A stretch of 34,031 bases of DNA, taken from IMG/VR virus record IMGVR_UViG_3300025653_000125, positions 1 to 34,031 of that record. One strand, written 5' to 3'. The position numbers and the translations under genes are program-made. This document shows positions 26,386 to 34,031 of this stretch, one piece after another. Positions within the stretch are counted from its first letter, which is position 1. The number at the start of each line of letters is the position of its first letter. The DNA is from a virus. Lineage: Duplodnaviria > Caudoviricetes. The notes below the pieces were generated by a model that searched no databases, had not been told where the DNA came from, and was given only the letters and a program-made list of their open reading frames with translations.

Positions 26386-26777
26386 CGCGTCTTTCTCCTA
26401 GCGTTGTCGCGTATCAATCGATAAGAGCGTGGCGCGTGAAGCGACAGCTCTGCTTGGGGTGAATGTCGATCCGTGAATGAATGCCCTCTGCCACATACCT
26501 CGCAGTACGGTTCAGCTTGGGCAATCCTGTCGCGGACACCAACCATCTCAATCGCCACTTCTGGATTAAGCTCCAGTGGATCATCGCCAACCCGGATGAC
26601 GTGCTCTTCAACACCCAACTCTGATTTGACATTGATGATCCCTTCCTGACGGTCTCGATAATTTCTGACGCCGCGAATCCATATGCGGTGGTCGAAGGAT
26701 GCGTTTGGATTTTTGTCATCTAACTCATAGCCTCCGTAAACCACCGTATTTACAGCTCTGGTGATTCGCAGTCCCAT
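26382..26777 (-). CDS. Hypothetical protein, possibly a tandem CsrA/RsmA-like RNA-binding protein with a CxxC insert
   Basis: N-terminus 'MGLRITRAV' and C-terminus 'QAELSLHAPRSYRLIRDN' resemble CsrA beta1 and beta4-beta5. The gene itself is well supported; the function is tentative. Confidence 0.5.
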   Translation of the reverse strand: MGLRITRAVNTVVYGGYELDDKNPNASFDHRIWIRGVRNYRDRQEGIINVKSELGVEEHVIRVGDDPLELNPEVAIEMVGVRDRIAQAEPYCEVCGRGHSFTDRHSPQAELSLHAPRSYRLIRDNARRKTR

Positions 26778-26789
26778 ACATTGGTGTCC

Positions 26790-27131
26790 TTAAATTGCGA
26801 ACGGGTCCTCTCCGAAGGGGTCGCTCGCTGGTTTTGGTGCGGTCTCGGCTGGACTTTCATTTGCTGCCGGCGGGAGCCAAAGATCAAAGCCCAACTGAGG
26901 ATTTCCAGATTGGTTGATCTCTTGTGTCACCTTGATGATGAAATCCAGCTTCTCTCCGTTTGGGGTGTCGATAGCAAGGTTGCCACTCCATACGGGTATT
27001 AATTGAGCTTTGCGCTTTGGGTCAAGATCCCGGTACCACTGATGGGTCATGAGGCGATTCTCTTCTTGTTCTCGCCTGTCCTGATCCATCTTCCATGCCT
27101 TGCCCTTGAGGGGTTTGCGTTCATATGCCAT
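26790..27131 (-). CDS. Putative single-stranded DNA-binding protein
   Basis: Follows ERF and exonuclease; 'PVWSGNLAI' strand, Pro/Ala linker and acidic aromatic tail DPFGEDPFAI. Confidence 0.55.
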   Translation of the reverse strand: MAYERKPLKGKAWKMDQDRREQEENRLMTHQWYRDLDPKRKAQLIPVWSGNLAIDTPNGEKLDFIIKVTQEINQSGNPQLGFDLWLPPAANESPAETAPKPASDPFGEDPFAI

Positions 27132-28150
27132 TACAGCGCTCCATATTTGATGTTGATTTGACGGGTGTTATTCACCCGGCGGAATGACTCCGGTGAGCCA
27201 CCCCGATCGAGGACGGCTTGATCGCCGCCTAAGTATTCGTAGGCTTTTCGGTAGTCGATAGTGGGGGTTCGGTTGATCAGCCTTACAGTGACAAACCCGT
27301 CCGTAACGGAGCAGTTGTACTGGTCAGCAATGCTCTTCTTGAGCACATCAGATTTCTTTTTGATCTCAGCGATCTCTTCAAGGTCGTCGCGATGGGTTTC
27401 CTCGAGGTCGGCTAGCCTTTGCTGCAAAGCGCTGAGCTCTTCCATTTCCTTTGTGGGCTGAACGGTAATCACCTCATCCTGCGCCGGCTCAAGGAACTCC
27501 TGACGCAGCTCCTCGTCCTGAGCAATCGTGTGCATGTGTTCGTACCATGCCTCGTACAGGCTAATTCTTTGCACAGTTCCTGCCGCGGGCTCTGGTAACA
27601 GCTTCCCGGGGACCGGCTCATAGAGCCAGCCATCGATGCGCTGCACCCTCTCAAGCACAAACTTCGGAGGTGACACGTCGTCCTTTGCGAGGTAGCAAAA
27701 GAAGTCACACCAGCTCGCGTCTAGGCATTCCATCTGCACGTAGACCTGCCACAGGTACATCTTCTTTTTTTCATCGAAGACGCTGTAGGGTTCCTTGTTG
27801 TACTTGGGGTACGGGCACTTGATCTCAATGCAGCCGTCCAAACCGATCAGACCATCCGGGCTTGCTGCAAGAAACTGATGCTTCGGGTGAACGATCAGCC
27901 CGGTTTCAGTCACCTCGTTACCGGTGTGGTACTCGTAGTAGTCCCGGGCTATGTTCTCCATGTCGGCACCGTGTTGTACCGCGGGACTCATCACAAACTC
28001 ACTGGGCTTGCCGCAAAGGTCTCTTACCTTCTTTCTCAGGTACTCCTGAGCCGTCTCGTACGGGTTGTTCCCTTCGAGCGAAGAGCACCCTGTCGCAGTG
28101 ATATAGGGCTTGCGTTCCTCGAGCCATGCATTGTCTTGTGTGCTAGACAT
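27131..28150 (-). CDS. YqaJ / lambda-exonuclease family recombination nuclease
   Basis: 'WLEERK..ITAT', 'HGADME', 'FLAASPDGLIG...IEIKCP', 'QVYVQM'. Confidence 0.92.
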   Translation of the reverse strand: MSSTQDNAWLEERKPYITATGCSSLEGNNPYETAQEYLRKKVRDLCGKPSEFVMSPAVQHGADMENIARDYYEYHTGNEVTETGLIVHPKHQFLAASPDGLIGLDGCIEIKCPYPKYNKEPYSVFDEKKKMYLWQVYVQMECLDASWCDFFCYLAKDDVSPPKFVLERVQRIDGWLYEPVPGKLLPEPAAGTVQRISLYEAWYEHMHTIAQDEELRQEFLEPAQDEVITVQPTKEMEELSALQQRLADLEETHRDDLEEIAEIKKKSDVLKKSIADQYNCSVTDGFVTVRLINRTPTIDYRKAYEYLGGDQAVLDRGGSPESFRRVNNTRQINIKYGAL

Positions 28151-28814
28151 TCTTCTGCTCTCCGAAGTTGTTCGCTAGCCAGCGCTCAAATACATCTGGG
28201 AGCGGGTCTAGCTTTCTGTTGCGGCAACCTTTGGCATAAGCTTTGAAGCGCTCTCTGGCTTCTTCGGGGGTCTGAGAATCAGCGACCCCAGCCTCTTTCC
28301 AGCACTCGCTACGCTGCTGATCAGCACTTGCTTCGGCTTTTTTCGCTGGCGCTTTTCTGGCTGGTGCTTTTTTTGCTGCGGCTTGCTCCTTTGCCTCAAC
28401 GACTGTTGGCAGCTTTTCCTCGGTTACGCTCTCGATAACGTCCTCATCGCCGCCCAGCCCGAGGGCAAGCATTAGCGAGTACCGCTTTGCGTAGGTGATT
28501 GCTCCTCCGTATTTGTGTTCGTCTTGCTTGCTGGCAGGTATACGGACAATGCCGGAGGTGAGCTGCCCGCCATGACCGTAGATAACAGTCTCGACTGCGG
28601 CTCCACCTTGGGCGGGATGAGATATGTGATGGAAGAAAAGACCCTCTTTGTGCATAAGGGGTCGGATGGTCTTTAAGATCTGCTCGTAGGTCGCGAACTT
28701 ACCGTAACCGCCTTTCTCGTCTTTGAGGACGATGATTTCCTTTTGGTGGAACTTGACAAGAGCGTCTTGTAGACCGGCAGACAATTGTGTCTGTACCGTT
28801 TGTGGCAATTCCAT
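28143..28814 (-). CDS. erf: ERF-family single-strand annealing protein
   Basis: 'YGGAITYAKRYSLMLALGLGGDED' ERF signature. Confidence 0.9.
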   Translation of the reverse strand: MELPQTVQTQLSAGLQDALVKFHQKEIIVLKDEKGGYGKFATYEQILKTIRPLMHKEGLFFHHISHPAQGGAAVETVIYGHGGQLTSGIVRIPASKQDEHKYGGAITYAKRYSLMLALGLGGDEDVIESVTEEKLPTVVEAKEQAAAKKAPARKAPAKKAEASADQQRSECWKEAGVADSQTPEEARERFKAYAKGCRNRKLDPLPDVFERWLANNFGEQKNV

Positions 28815-28846
28815 GTTGACAATCCATGATTAGGTTTTCAACACAG

Positions 28847-28875
28847 AGAATATGGGGTGGATCCCGATCTGTCAA
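28847..28875 (-). promoter_or_regulatory. Sigma70 promoter of the leftward early operon (TTGACA-17-TATTCT)
   Basis: Perfect -35, 17-nt spacer, ~30 nt upstream of the erf start. Confidence 0.75.
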
Positions 28876-28909
28876 CACTGAATACATAAATTGCAGACCG
28901 GGATGGGAT

Positions 28910-29419
28910 TTACCTCATTAGTCTGTTTTCCTCGAGGTACTCTGCGACTTCAGGTCCCCAGTGTGTGACGGTGCATGAAGCAAGCTTTGCAACGTTGATC
29001 ATCGTCCACATAATGCGACCTTTGCCGGCAGGAGCCATCTTAAGTAGATAGACCTCGGGCAGTGGCGCGTATTCTGTCAAGAAGCTAAGCACTGGCTCAT
29101 TGGTTGCCTGTACAGCGATGATTGAGTCCTTGATTGCCTTGTACATTGCTGGACGCTTGAATCTAATCTGGTCTATTTGATTGTGTTCGGGGTTGTAACC
29201 CTGCTTAATCATTGTGGCAACCGTGCCCTCATCAAGAGCGACGTTCCCCATGTCAGTCGTCATGACGCCGATGTATATGCCGTCCTCTCCGCCAACAGCT
29301 GGCGTCGTATCAGAACCCGAGTAATCCCGGTTTAAATTAACGTTGAGGACGCCTCGTTGCTTTTTAAGTAGGTCTGCAGCTTTGCTTTTCCAATACGCTC
29401 GATCATTGTGTCGTTCCAT
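28910..29419 (-). CDS. Hypothetical protein co-transcribed with the repressor (~169 aa)
   Basis: Likely ATG at 29419 (AAGGA upstream), overlapping the repressor stop; no motif recognised. Confidence 0.7.
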   Translation of the reverse strand: MERHNDRAYWKSKAADLLKKQRGVLNVNLNRDYSGSDTTPAVGGEDGIYIGVMTTDMGNVALDEGTVATMIKQGYNPEHNQIDQIRFKRPAMYKAIKDSIIAVQATNEPVLSFLTEYAPLPEVYLLKMAPAGKGRIMWTMINVAKLASCTVTHWGPEVAEYLEENRLMR

Positions 29420-29849
29420 TCCTGTCCTTCTCACCTCTACTTCTTATATCTGCTACTACTGCCAGTGAGTCTAGTACCGCTGCCCCCTGAATCTTGTCTT
29501 CATAAGCCTCAACCGTGATCTCCGCGAACAGTTGTGGGCTCATACTGTTTTCGTCCTCGACCTCAAGTGTCTTTACGAATGTGATGGCGTCTATCAGCTT
29601 CTTCGTGTTCAAGCCTGAAGAAGATTTACCGTACACCCATTCCATGATGTCGATTCCAAGATGGTCAGCAACCCGGCTTATCTCGCTATGCTCCCGGGGA
29701 ACCGCACCTGTCAGCCAATTTGAAGCCTGACTATGTGAAACGCCCAGCTCTTCCGATAGCCGCTGAGCTCTACCCCAGTTGGGATATTCTTGCTCAGACA
29801 GTTTTTTCGCGAAGTATTCTGCGCGGTGGTGCTTTGTCCATTCCTTCAT
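29403..29849 (-). CDS. CI-like repressor (Cro/C1 HTH, no S24 peptidase domain)
   Basis: 'AQRLSEELGVSHSQASNWLTGAVP...ISRVADHLGIDIMEW'; located at the divergent switch. Confidence 0.8.
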   Translation of the reverse strand: MKEWTKHHRAEYFAKKLSEQEYPNWGRAQRLSEELGVSHSQASNWLTGAVPREHSEISRVADHLGIDIMEWVYGKSSSGLNTKKLIDAITFVKTLEVEDENSMSPQLFAEITVEAYEDKIQGAAVLDSLAVVADIRSRGEKDRNGTTQ

Positions 29850-29921
29850 TTCTGCTCCATTTTGAGAGTGAGACCTGGAGTTTACCGATTCAACCCGGAA
29901 ATTGTAGCTGTTGATTCGTAC

Positions 29922-29972
29922 AGTATATTTCTAGACTTAACCTTGACAATTTAGTTTAGCCAGTCGTAAAGT
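29922..29972. promoter_or_regulatory. Overlapping divergent promoters of the genetic switch
   Basis: Rightward TTGACA(29943)-18-TAAAGT; leftward TTGTCA(29949)-16-TATACT. The two -35 boxes overlap. Confidence 0.6.
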
Positions 29973-30006
29973 CTGCAGTCACCACGGATTTGGGGGCTAA
30001 GACTGG

Positions 30007-30651
30007 ATGGAAAATTCAGCAACCGATTACACGATAATCGTCAACACGGTGATTCGTGACAATCGACTAAGCGCAAGTGACTTAGGTTTGCTGATCTATC
30101 TCCTCCACCTGCCCGAGACGTGGAAGATCCAACCCATACAGTTAGCTGATCGTTTCGACTGCAACAGACAAACGATTTACAGCCAGCTCAACCGACTCAA
30201 AGAGCTCGAATATGTCGAGCATCAACAGAGCAGAAAGGGTGGATCATTCAGCGGAGCTGAGTGGAAAGTGTCTAAATCACCGTATACGAAAAAACCGGAT
30301 ACGGTAAATCGAACACTACTAAGTACTAATAATTTACAAAATACGAATAGTACTAAAGAGCCTTCAACGAATTGGCGCGACAAGCTGTACGACGATCGCC
30401 CTGACTGTGTCCTAGCGGAAGCTTGGAAGCGCTGGATCGATTACAAGGTCGAGCAAAACAAGAACCGCCCAATCTCACAACGCACTGTCAGCATGTCGAA
30501 GAATCGACTCATCGCTCTCGACAAGAAGGGCTTCGATACCTCCGGGGTCATCGAGGTCACCATCAACCGCAACTGGAAAGGGATCGGTGACGATAGCTAC
30601 AGCGCATATGACCGCTGCAAGCGCGACCTCGCCGAGCAGCTAATAATCTAA
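30007..30651 (+). CDS. Phage replication initiator (N-terminal winged HTH, lambda O-like organisation)
   Basis: 'YTIIVNTVIRDNRLSASDLGLLIYLL', HTH, N/T/K-rich linker, C-terminal 'AWKRWIDYK...INRNWKGI'. Confidence 0.8.
   Translation: MENSATDYTIIVNTVIRDNRLSASDLGLLIYLLHLPETWKIQPIQLADRFDCNRQTIYSQLNRLKELEYVEHQQSRKGGSFSGAEWKVSKSPYTKKPDTVNRTLLSTNNLQNTNSTKEPSTNWRDKLYDDRPDCVLAEAWKRWIDYKVEQNKNRPISQRTVSMSKNRLIALDKKGFDTSGVIEVTINRNWKGIGDDSYSAYDRCKRDLAEQLII
30279..30356 (+). other. Candidate replication origin inside the initiator gene
   Basis: ACCGTATACG / ACCGGATACG at 15-bp spacing, followed by an AT-rich tract with two AGTACTAA. Confidence 0.45.
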
Positions 30652-32489
30652 TGGATATACGAGAACTGAAAGTCGAGCTGGGCAGTCGTGCCCTGTCTCT
30701 TTGCAACACACTACTTCCCGACGGCAGAGTCGAGGGTCAAGACTGGAAGGTGGGATCAGTTACCGGGGAACCCGGTCGGTCCCTCAGCGTTCACCTCAAC
30801 GGAGAGAAGCAGGGTCAGTGGATTGACTTCGCTACCGGTGAAGGTGGCGACATGATCGACCTCATCATGCATGTCAGGCGCGTCGATATTAAAGACGCAA
30901 TGGAATGGGGTCGGCGCGAGTGCAACATCAGAGAGAAGCACCACGCCAAAATCAAATCAGCACAACCCCGGGCGTACAACACTGCTCGATTACCTGAACC
31001 TTTCGGTGACAACGATGTATTGGAAAAGGTCATGCTCGACCGGGGCTTCCAGAACTGCTCTGCGGTTATCGAGCGTCACGGTCTGTTCAGCTACAAAACC
31101 AGTAAGGGGCTCGACGTTGTCTTCCCTTACTACAGCCCAGACGGTGCGCTTGAGTTTGTAAAGAACAAAGCACTGGATCATGACGGTCACCCCGGGATGT
31201 GTGGACAGAGCAATCTCAAGCCCATTCTTTTCGGCTGGCACACCATGCCGCCGGCGTGTCGTCAGGTCTGGATCACCGAGGGCGAGTGGGATGCCTGTGC
31301 AGCCTCGGAACTAGGATTCCCCGCCTTGAGCGTCCCGATGGGCGGCGGCAAAGGCGCGAAGCAAACCAAGTGGATTGCGAACGAATACGAAAACCTATCC
31401 CGATTCGATGAGATCGTCATCGCTACCGATATGGATGAACAGGGAGAGCTGGCGGCAAAAGAGATTGCGCAGCGGCTGGGTGACCGGTGTATCCGGGTCA
31501 AGCTCCCGGTCAAGGACATCAATGAACTGCTGCAGCTCCAGGGTGCTGAACAAGCCAAGTTTGTGCTGCAGAAATGCTATGAAGACGCCAAGTGGCAGGA
31601 CCCCGAAACCCTGCGCTCAGTTGCTGAGTTTTCTGACGACATTACCGACTACTTCGAGGACAAGGACAGCCGTACCGGCGGGTTCTCGATGGGCTGGGAC
31701 AAAACAGAGGAGATCGACTATCGATTCAGACCCAGCGAGCTCATTGGTTGTGTCGGCTTTTCTGGTTCAGGCAAGACGATGTTTCTGGGTCAGCTGTCGC
31801 TCAACGCAATCGCTCAGGACCAAAAGATTCTTGTCGCATCGATGGAGATGTCACCAAAGAACCTTCTGGGTCGAATGTTTCAACAGGCATGTGCCACGCC
31901 TGCCCCGACGCTCGAGTACCGCACCAAGATCATGGAGTGGATGGCTCAGAACCTTTGGCTCTACATCGACAACCTGAACCCGAAGATTAAAGACCTGCTG
32001 AAGTGCTTCGAGTACGCCTACCGTCGTTACGGTGTGAACGTGTTCATCATCGACAGCTTGACCTGTATGTGCTCACACGAGGACTACCGGAAGCAGCAGG
32101 AGATCGTTGAGCAGATAGTCCAGTTCAAGAACGCATTCAACTGCACGGTGTTCCTTGTCACCCACTCTCGCAAACAAGAGGACGAGTCCCGGGCTCCCGG
32201 TAAGTTCGATGTGAAGGGCTCGGGTGCGATCACCGATCTAGCGGACAGCTTCTTTTCAATTTGGAAGAACAAGAAGAAGACAGAGCACATGCAGATCTGC
32301 CGGCTGACCGGGGAAGAACCCAACCCGGACGTGGCAAAGCAGTGGGACGTTCAAGTCAACATTTTGAAAAACAGAAACGGACAGTACGAGGGTCGCATCG
32401 GCTTCGAGTTCCATGATGAGACCTGCCAGTACTTAGACAGCCGCGGGGCTAGACCTCGCAAGTACATCCAATGGAGTAAGGGAGCGTGA
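30651..32489 (+). CDS. Primase-helicase (TOPRIM + SF4/DnaB-like, T7 gp4/Twinkle type)
   Basis: 'WITEGEWDA' and 'ATDMDEQG' (TOPRIM); Walker A GFSGSGKT, 'SMEM', 'FIIDSL', 'LVTHSRK', 'KGSGAITDLAD', 'KNRNG'. Confidence 0.93.
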   Translation: MDIRELKVELGSRALSLCNTLLPDGRVEGQDWKVGSVTGEPGRSLSVHLNGEKQGQWIDFATGEGGDMIDLIMHVRRVDIKDAMEWGRRECNIREKHHAKIKSAQPRAYNTARLPEPFGDNDVLEKVMLDRGFQNCSAVIERHGLFSYKTSKGLDVVFPYYSPDGALEFVKNKALDHDGHPGMCGQSNLKPILFGWHTMPPACRQVWITEGEWDACAASELGFPALSVPMGGGKGAKQTKWIANEYENLSRFDEIVIATDMDEQGELAAKEIAQRLGDRCIRVKLPVKDINELLQLQGAEQAKFVLQKCYEDAKWQDPETLRSVAEFSDDITDYFEDKDSRTGGFSMGWDKTEEIDYRFRPSELIGCVGFSGSGKTMFLGQLSLNAIAQDQKILVASMEMSPKNLLGRMFQQACATPAPTLEYRTKIMEWMAQNLWLYIDNLNPKIKDLLKCFEYAYRRYGVNVFIIDSLTCMCSHEDYRKQQEIVEQIVQFKNAFNCTVFLVTHSRKQEDESRAPGKFDVKGSGAITDLADSFFSIWKNKKKTEHMQICRLTGEEPNPDVAKQWDVQVNILKNRNGQYEGRIGFEFHDETCQYLDSRGARPRKYIQWSKGA

Positions 32490-32824
32490 TGATTGAGCAA
32501 GAACAGTTCGCACAAAACATACGGAAAGCAGGGACGGCAGTTACGGAGGCTGAAAAGAAGGCATGCGAAATGGAAGCAGAAGAGAAAAAGCAGTTCGCCC
32601 TGCTGCAAGTAGAGGCGCTGGGCGAGGGGTACAAAACCGTGGCGTCTCAAACTACCTACGCAGACAGCAGCGAGAAAATGTTCATAGCGAGGGTCAATCG
32701 CGGAGTCGCCAAGGCAGAAATCGCGGCAGCGAAAGCGAACCTTCTAGCAGCTGAGGTCGAGTTCAAGGTCTGGCAAACCCAGATGGCAACACTGAGACAG
32801 GAGAAGCGTGTGTATGGCAGCTGA
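32486..32824 (+). CDS. Hypothetical helical protein (112 aa)
   Basis: GTGA coupling; coiled-coil composition. Confidence 0.7.
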   Translation: MMIEQEQFAQNIRKAGTAVTEAEKKACEMEAEEKKQFALLQVEALGEGYKTVASQTTYADSSEKMFIARVNRGVAKAEIAAAKANLLAAEVEFKVWQTQMATLRQEKRVYGS

Positions 32825-32993
32825 ACGAGTCATGCCCGACTGGATAGAGCTAGCCCGCCAGTCCATCGAGGCGAAGCAAAGCGAAAAGGTCCGAAAACAA
32901 ATCGATCATTTTCAGTGGCTGATCGAACAACGAAAAGCCGAAATCAAGCGAGACATGGAAGCCATGCAGAGAGGAGCCAATGACAGAGGATGA
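32814..32993 (+). CDS. Hypothetical protein (~59 aa)
   Basis: Fills the gap with overlaps at both ends; start uncertain. Confidence 0.55.
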   Translation: MAAERVMPDWIELARQSIEAKQSEKVRKQIDHFQWLIEQRKAEIKRDMEAMQRGANDRG

Positions 32994-33298
32994 AGTCAAG
33001 GAATCCAACCCGTGCGGAACGGGAGTGGATGGATGCCATTGTGAAGCACGGATGTGTCGTGTGTCGAAAGGAGTTTGGGATCTTCACGGAGACGGAGATT
33101 CATCATTTAGATGGCAAGACCAAACCGGGGGCGCACTTAAAGACGATCCCCCTGTGTTATCGCCATCACAGAGACGGAGAAGACTGCAGTGTTTATACCT
33201 CGAGACATCCCTTCAAAAAGAGGTTTGAAGAAAGATATGGAACAGAACAAGAGCTACTCGAATCCCTCCAGCGCAAGCTTGGATTCTGCTACACCTGA
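32990..33298 (+). CDS. Ref-like (RecA-dependent) HNH-type nuclease
   Basis: 'PTRAEREWM...GCVVCR...EIHH...IPLCYRHHR...FEERYGTEQELL'. Confidence 0.75.
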   Translation: MKSRNPTRAEREWMDAIVKHGCVVCRKEFGIFTETEIHHLDGKTKPGAHLKTIPLCYRHHRDGEDCSVYTSRHPFKKRFEERYGTEQELLESLQRKLGFCYT

Positions 33299-33536
33299 AC
33301 AGTGGGACCGGGTGTCGAAACCCCGGCACTATCGCTCTCATCACGATGAGTACCCAGAGCTGGAGTGCATCGATGCCATTCAGGCGTCCATGCCCCCGGA
33401 GCAGTTCGCTGCTTACCTCAAGGGCTCAGCCATGAAGTACCTGTGGCGCTACGAAAACAAGGGCGAGCCGCTGAATGATTTAAGGAAGGCAAAGACCTTC
33501 CTCGAGTTCCTGATTGCCCATGTCAATCAACAGTAG
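33237..33536 (+). CDS. DUF3310 (SaV-like) protein
   Basis: 'VSKPRHY...ECIDAI...KGSAMKYLWRYENKG...DLRKAKTFL'; likely start ATG 33237. Confidence 0.85.
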   Translation: MEQNKSYSNPSSASLDSATPEQWDRVSKPRHYRSHHDEYPELECIDAIQASMPPEQFAAYLKGSAMKYLWRYENKGEPLNDLRKAKTFLEFLIAHVNQQ

Positions 33537-33969
33537 GAACAAAGGAGCCACCTTCGAGCGCGAGGTGTGCCGTTGGATAGAGGATGAGTTCGGTGTGAAG
33601 GTTCGGAGAAACCTCGAGCAGTATCAGGTCGTCGATTTAGGCGACATCTTGCTGTCACCGTTCACCATCGAGTGCAAGCGCTACGGGTCGGGTAACTGGC
33701 ACAAGCCAGATTGGTGGGAACAAGTTTGTCGCGCTGCTCGCGATGACAGTATCCCGTTACTCATCTATCGGTTCGACCGACAGCCTACGCGGTTGGTGTT
33801 CCCCTTGTACGCCTTGGGGGACTACCCAACCAATAACGATATGACCTGCACGGTCGGGCTCGAGGAAGGGGCGATGATCATTCGCGAGGTATTGAATGCG
33901 ACCCGGAGACTTCAGGCACCAAGTGAGCCAGTCAGCCAAGAAGCTGTATTGGGATCAAGTACTAGCTGA
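33520..33969 (+). CDS. Holliday-junction resolvase (Hjc-like PD-(D/E)xK)
   Basis: 'NSRNKGATFEREV...RRNLEQY...GDI...IECKR...WWEQV...PLLIYRFDR'. Confidence 0.85.
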   Translation: MSINSRNKGATFEREVCRWIEDEFGVKVRRNLEQYQVVDLGDILLSPFTIECKRYGSGNWHKPDWWEQVCRAARDDSIPLLIYRFDRQPTRLVFPLYALGDYPTNNDMTCTVGLEEGAMIIREVLNATRRLQAPSEPVSQEAVLGSSTS

Positions 33970-34031
33970 CATCCACGACAGGTTCGAACCACAGTTTTAC
34001 AACCTAGCTGTCGAGACAGTCATCTACTACC
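33896..34031 (+). CDS. Hypothetical protein, 3'-truncated (MRPGDFRHQV...)
   Basis: GAGGT RBS before ATG 33896; frame open to the window end. Confidence 0.55.
   Translation, partial: MRPGDFRHQVSQSAKKLYWDQVLADIHDRFEPQFYNLAVETVIYY

Noticed and set aside
29720-29914. cro gene
   Set aside because: The ORF is antisense to the repressor, has no HTH pattern and lies upstream of the rightward promoter.
31375-31977. 200-aa alternative-frame ORF within the primase-helicase
   Set aside because: R/S-rich shadow overlapping conserved catalytic motifs.

Overview
A ~34 kb piece of a temperate, podovirus-like tailed phage genome, probably marine and probably infecting a proteobacterium. It is in the unintegrated state, because attP is intact with phage genes on both sides. 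The left 24.5 kb (+ strand) is a late/virion block: a 5'-truncated tail fibre with an S74 chaperone domain, fibre-associated genes, three exported or membrane proteins and a holin-like gene, a tail tubular/stabilisation protein, a ~1700-aa repeat-rich fibre, a GNAT-like protein, ejection proteins, a 2396-aa polyvalent protein (HExxH zincin-like, HhH-glycosylase-like and LPD38-like regions) and three very basic microproteins. attP follows (3' 48 nt of tRNA-Gly(GCC), with IHF-like sites) next to a leftward tyrosine integrase. Then come a leftward early operon (ERF, YqaJ exonuclease, SSB-like, CsrA-like), a repressor, and a rightward replication block (HTH initiator, primase-helicase, Ref-like nuclease, DUF3310, Holliday-junction resolvase). 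Three observations stand out. (1) The predicted first 17 nt of the int mRNA, which overlap an RBS-hiding hairpin, are complementary to a segment on the far side of attP, suggesting an RNA switch that senses integration state. (2) A protein-like 73-aa gene is overprinted inside the polyvalent protein right after its metallopeptidase motif (candidate nested immunity gene). (3) A possible single-chain tandem CsrA-like protein lies near a structured GGA-bearing RNA. All family assignments are motif recognition by eye, not database results.
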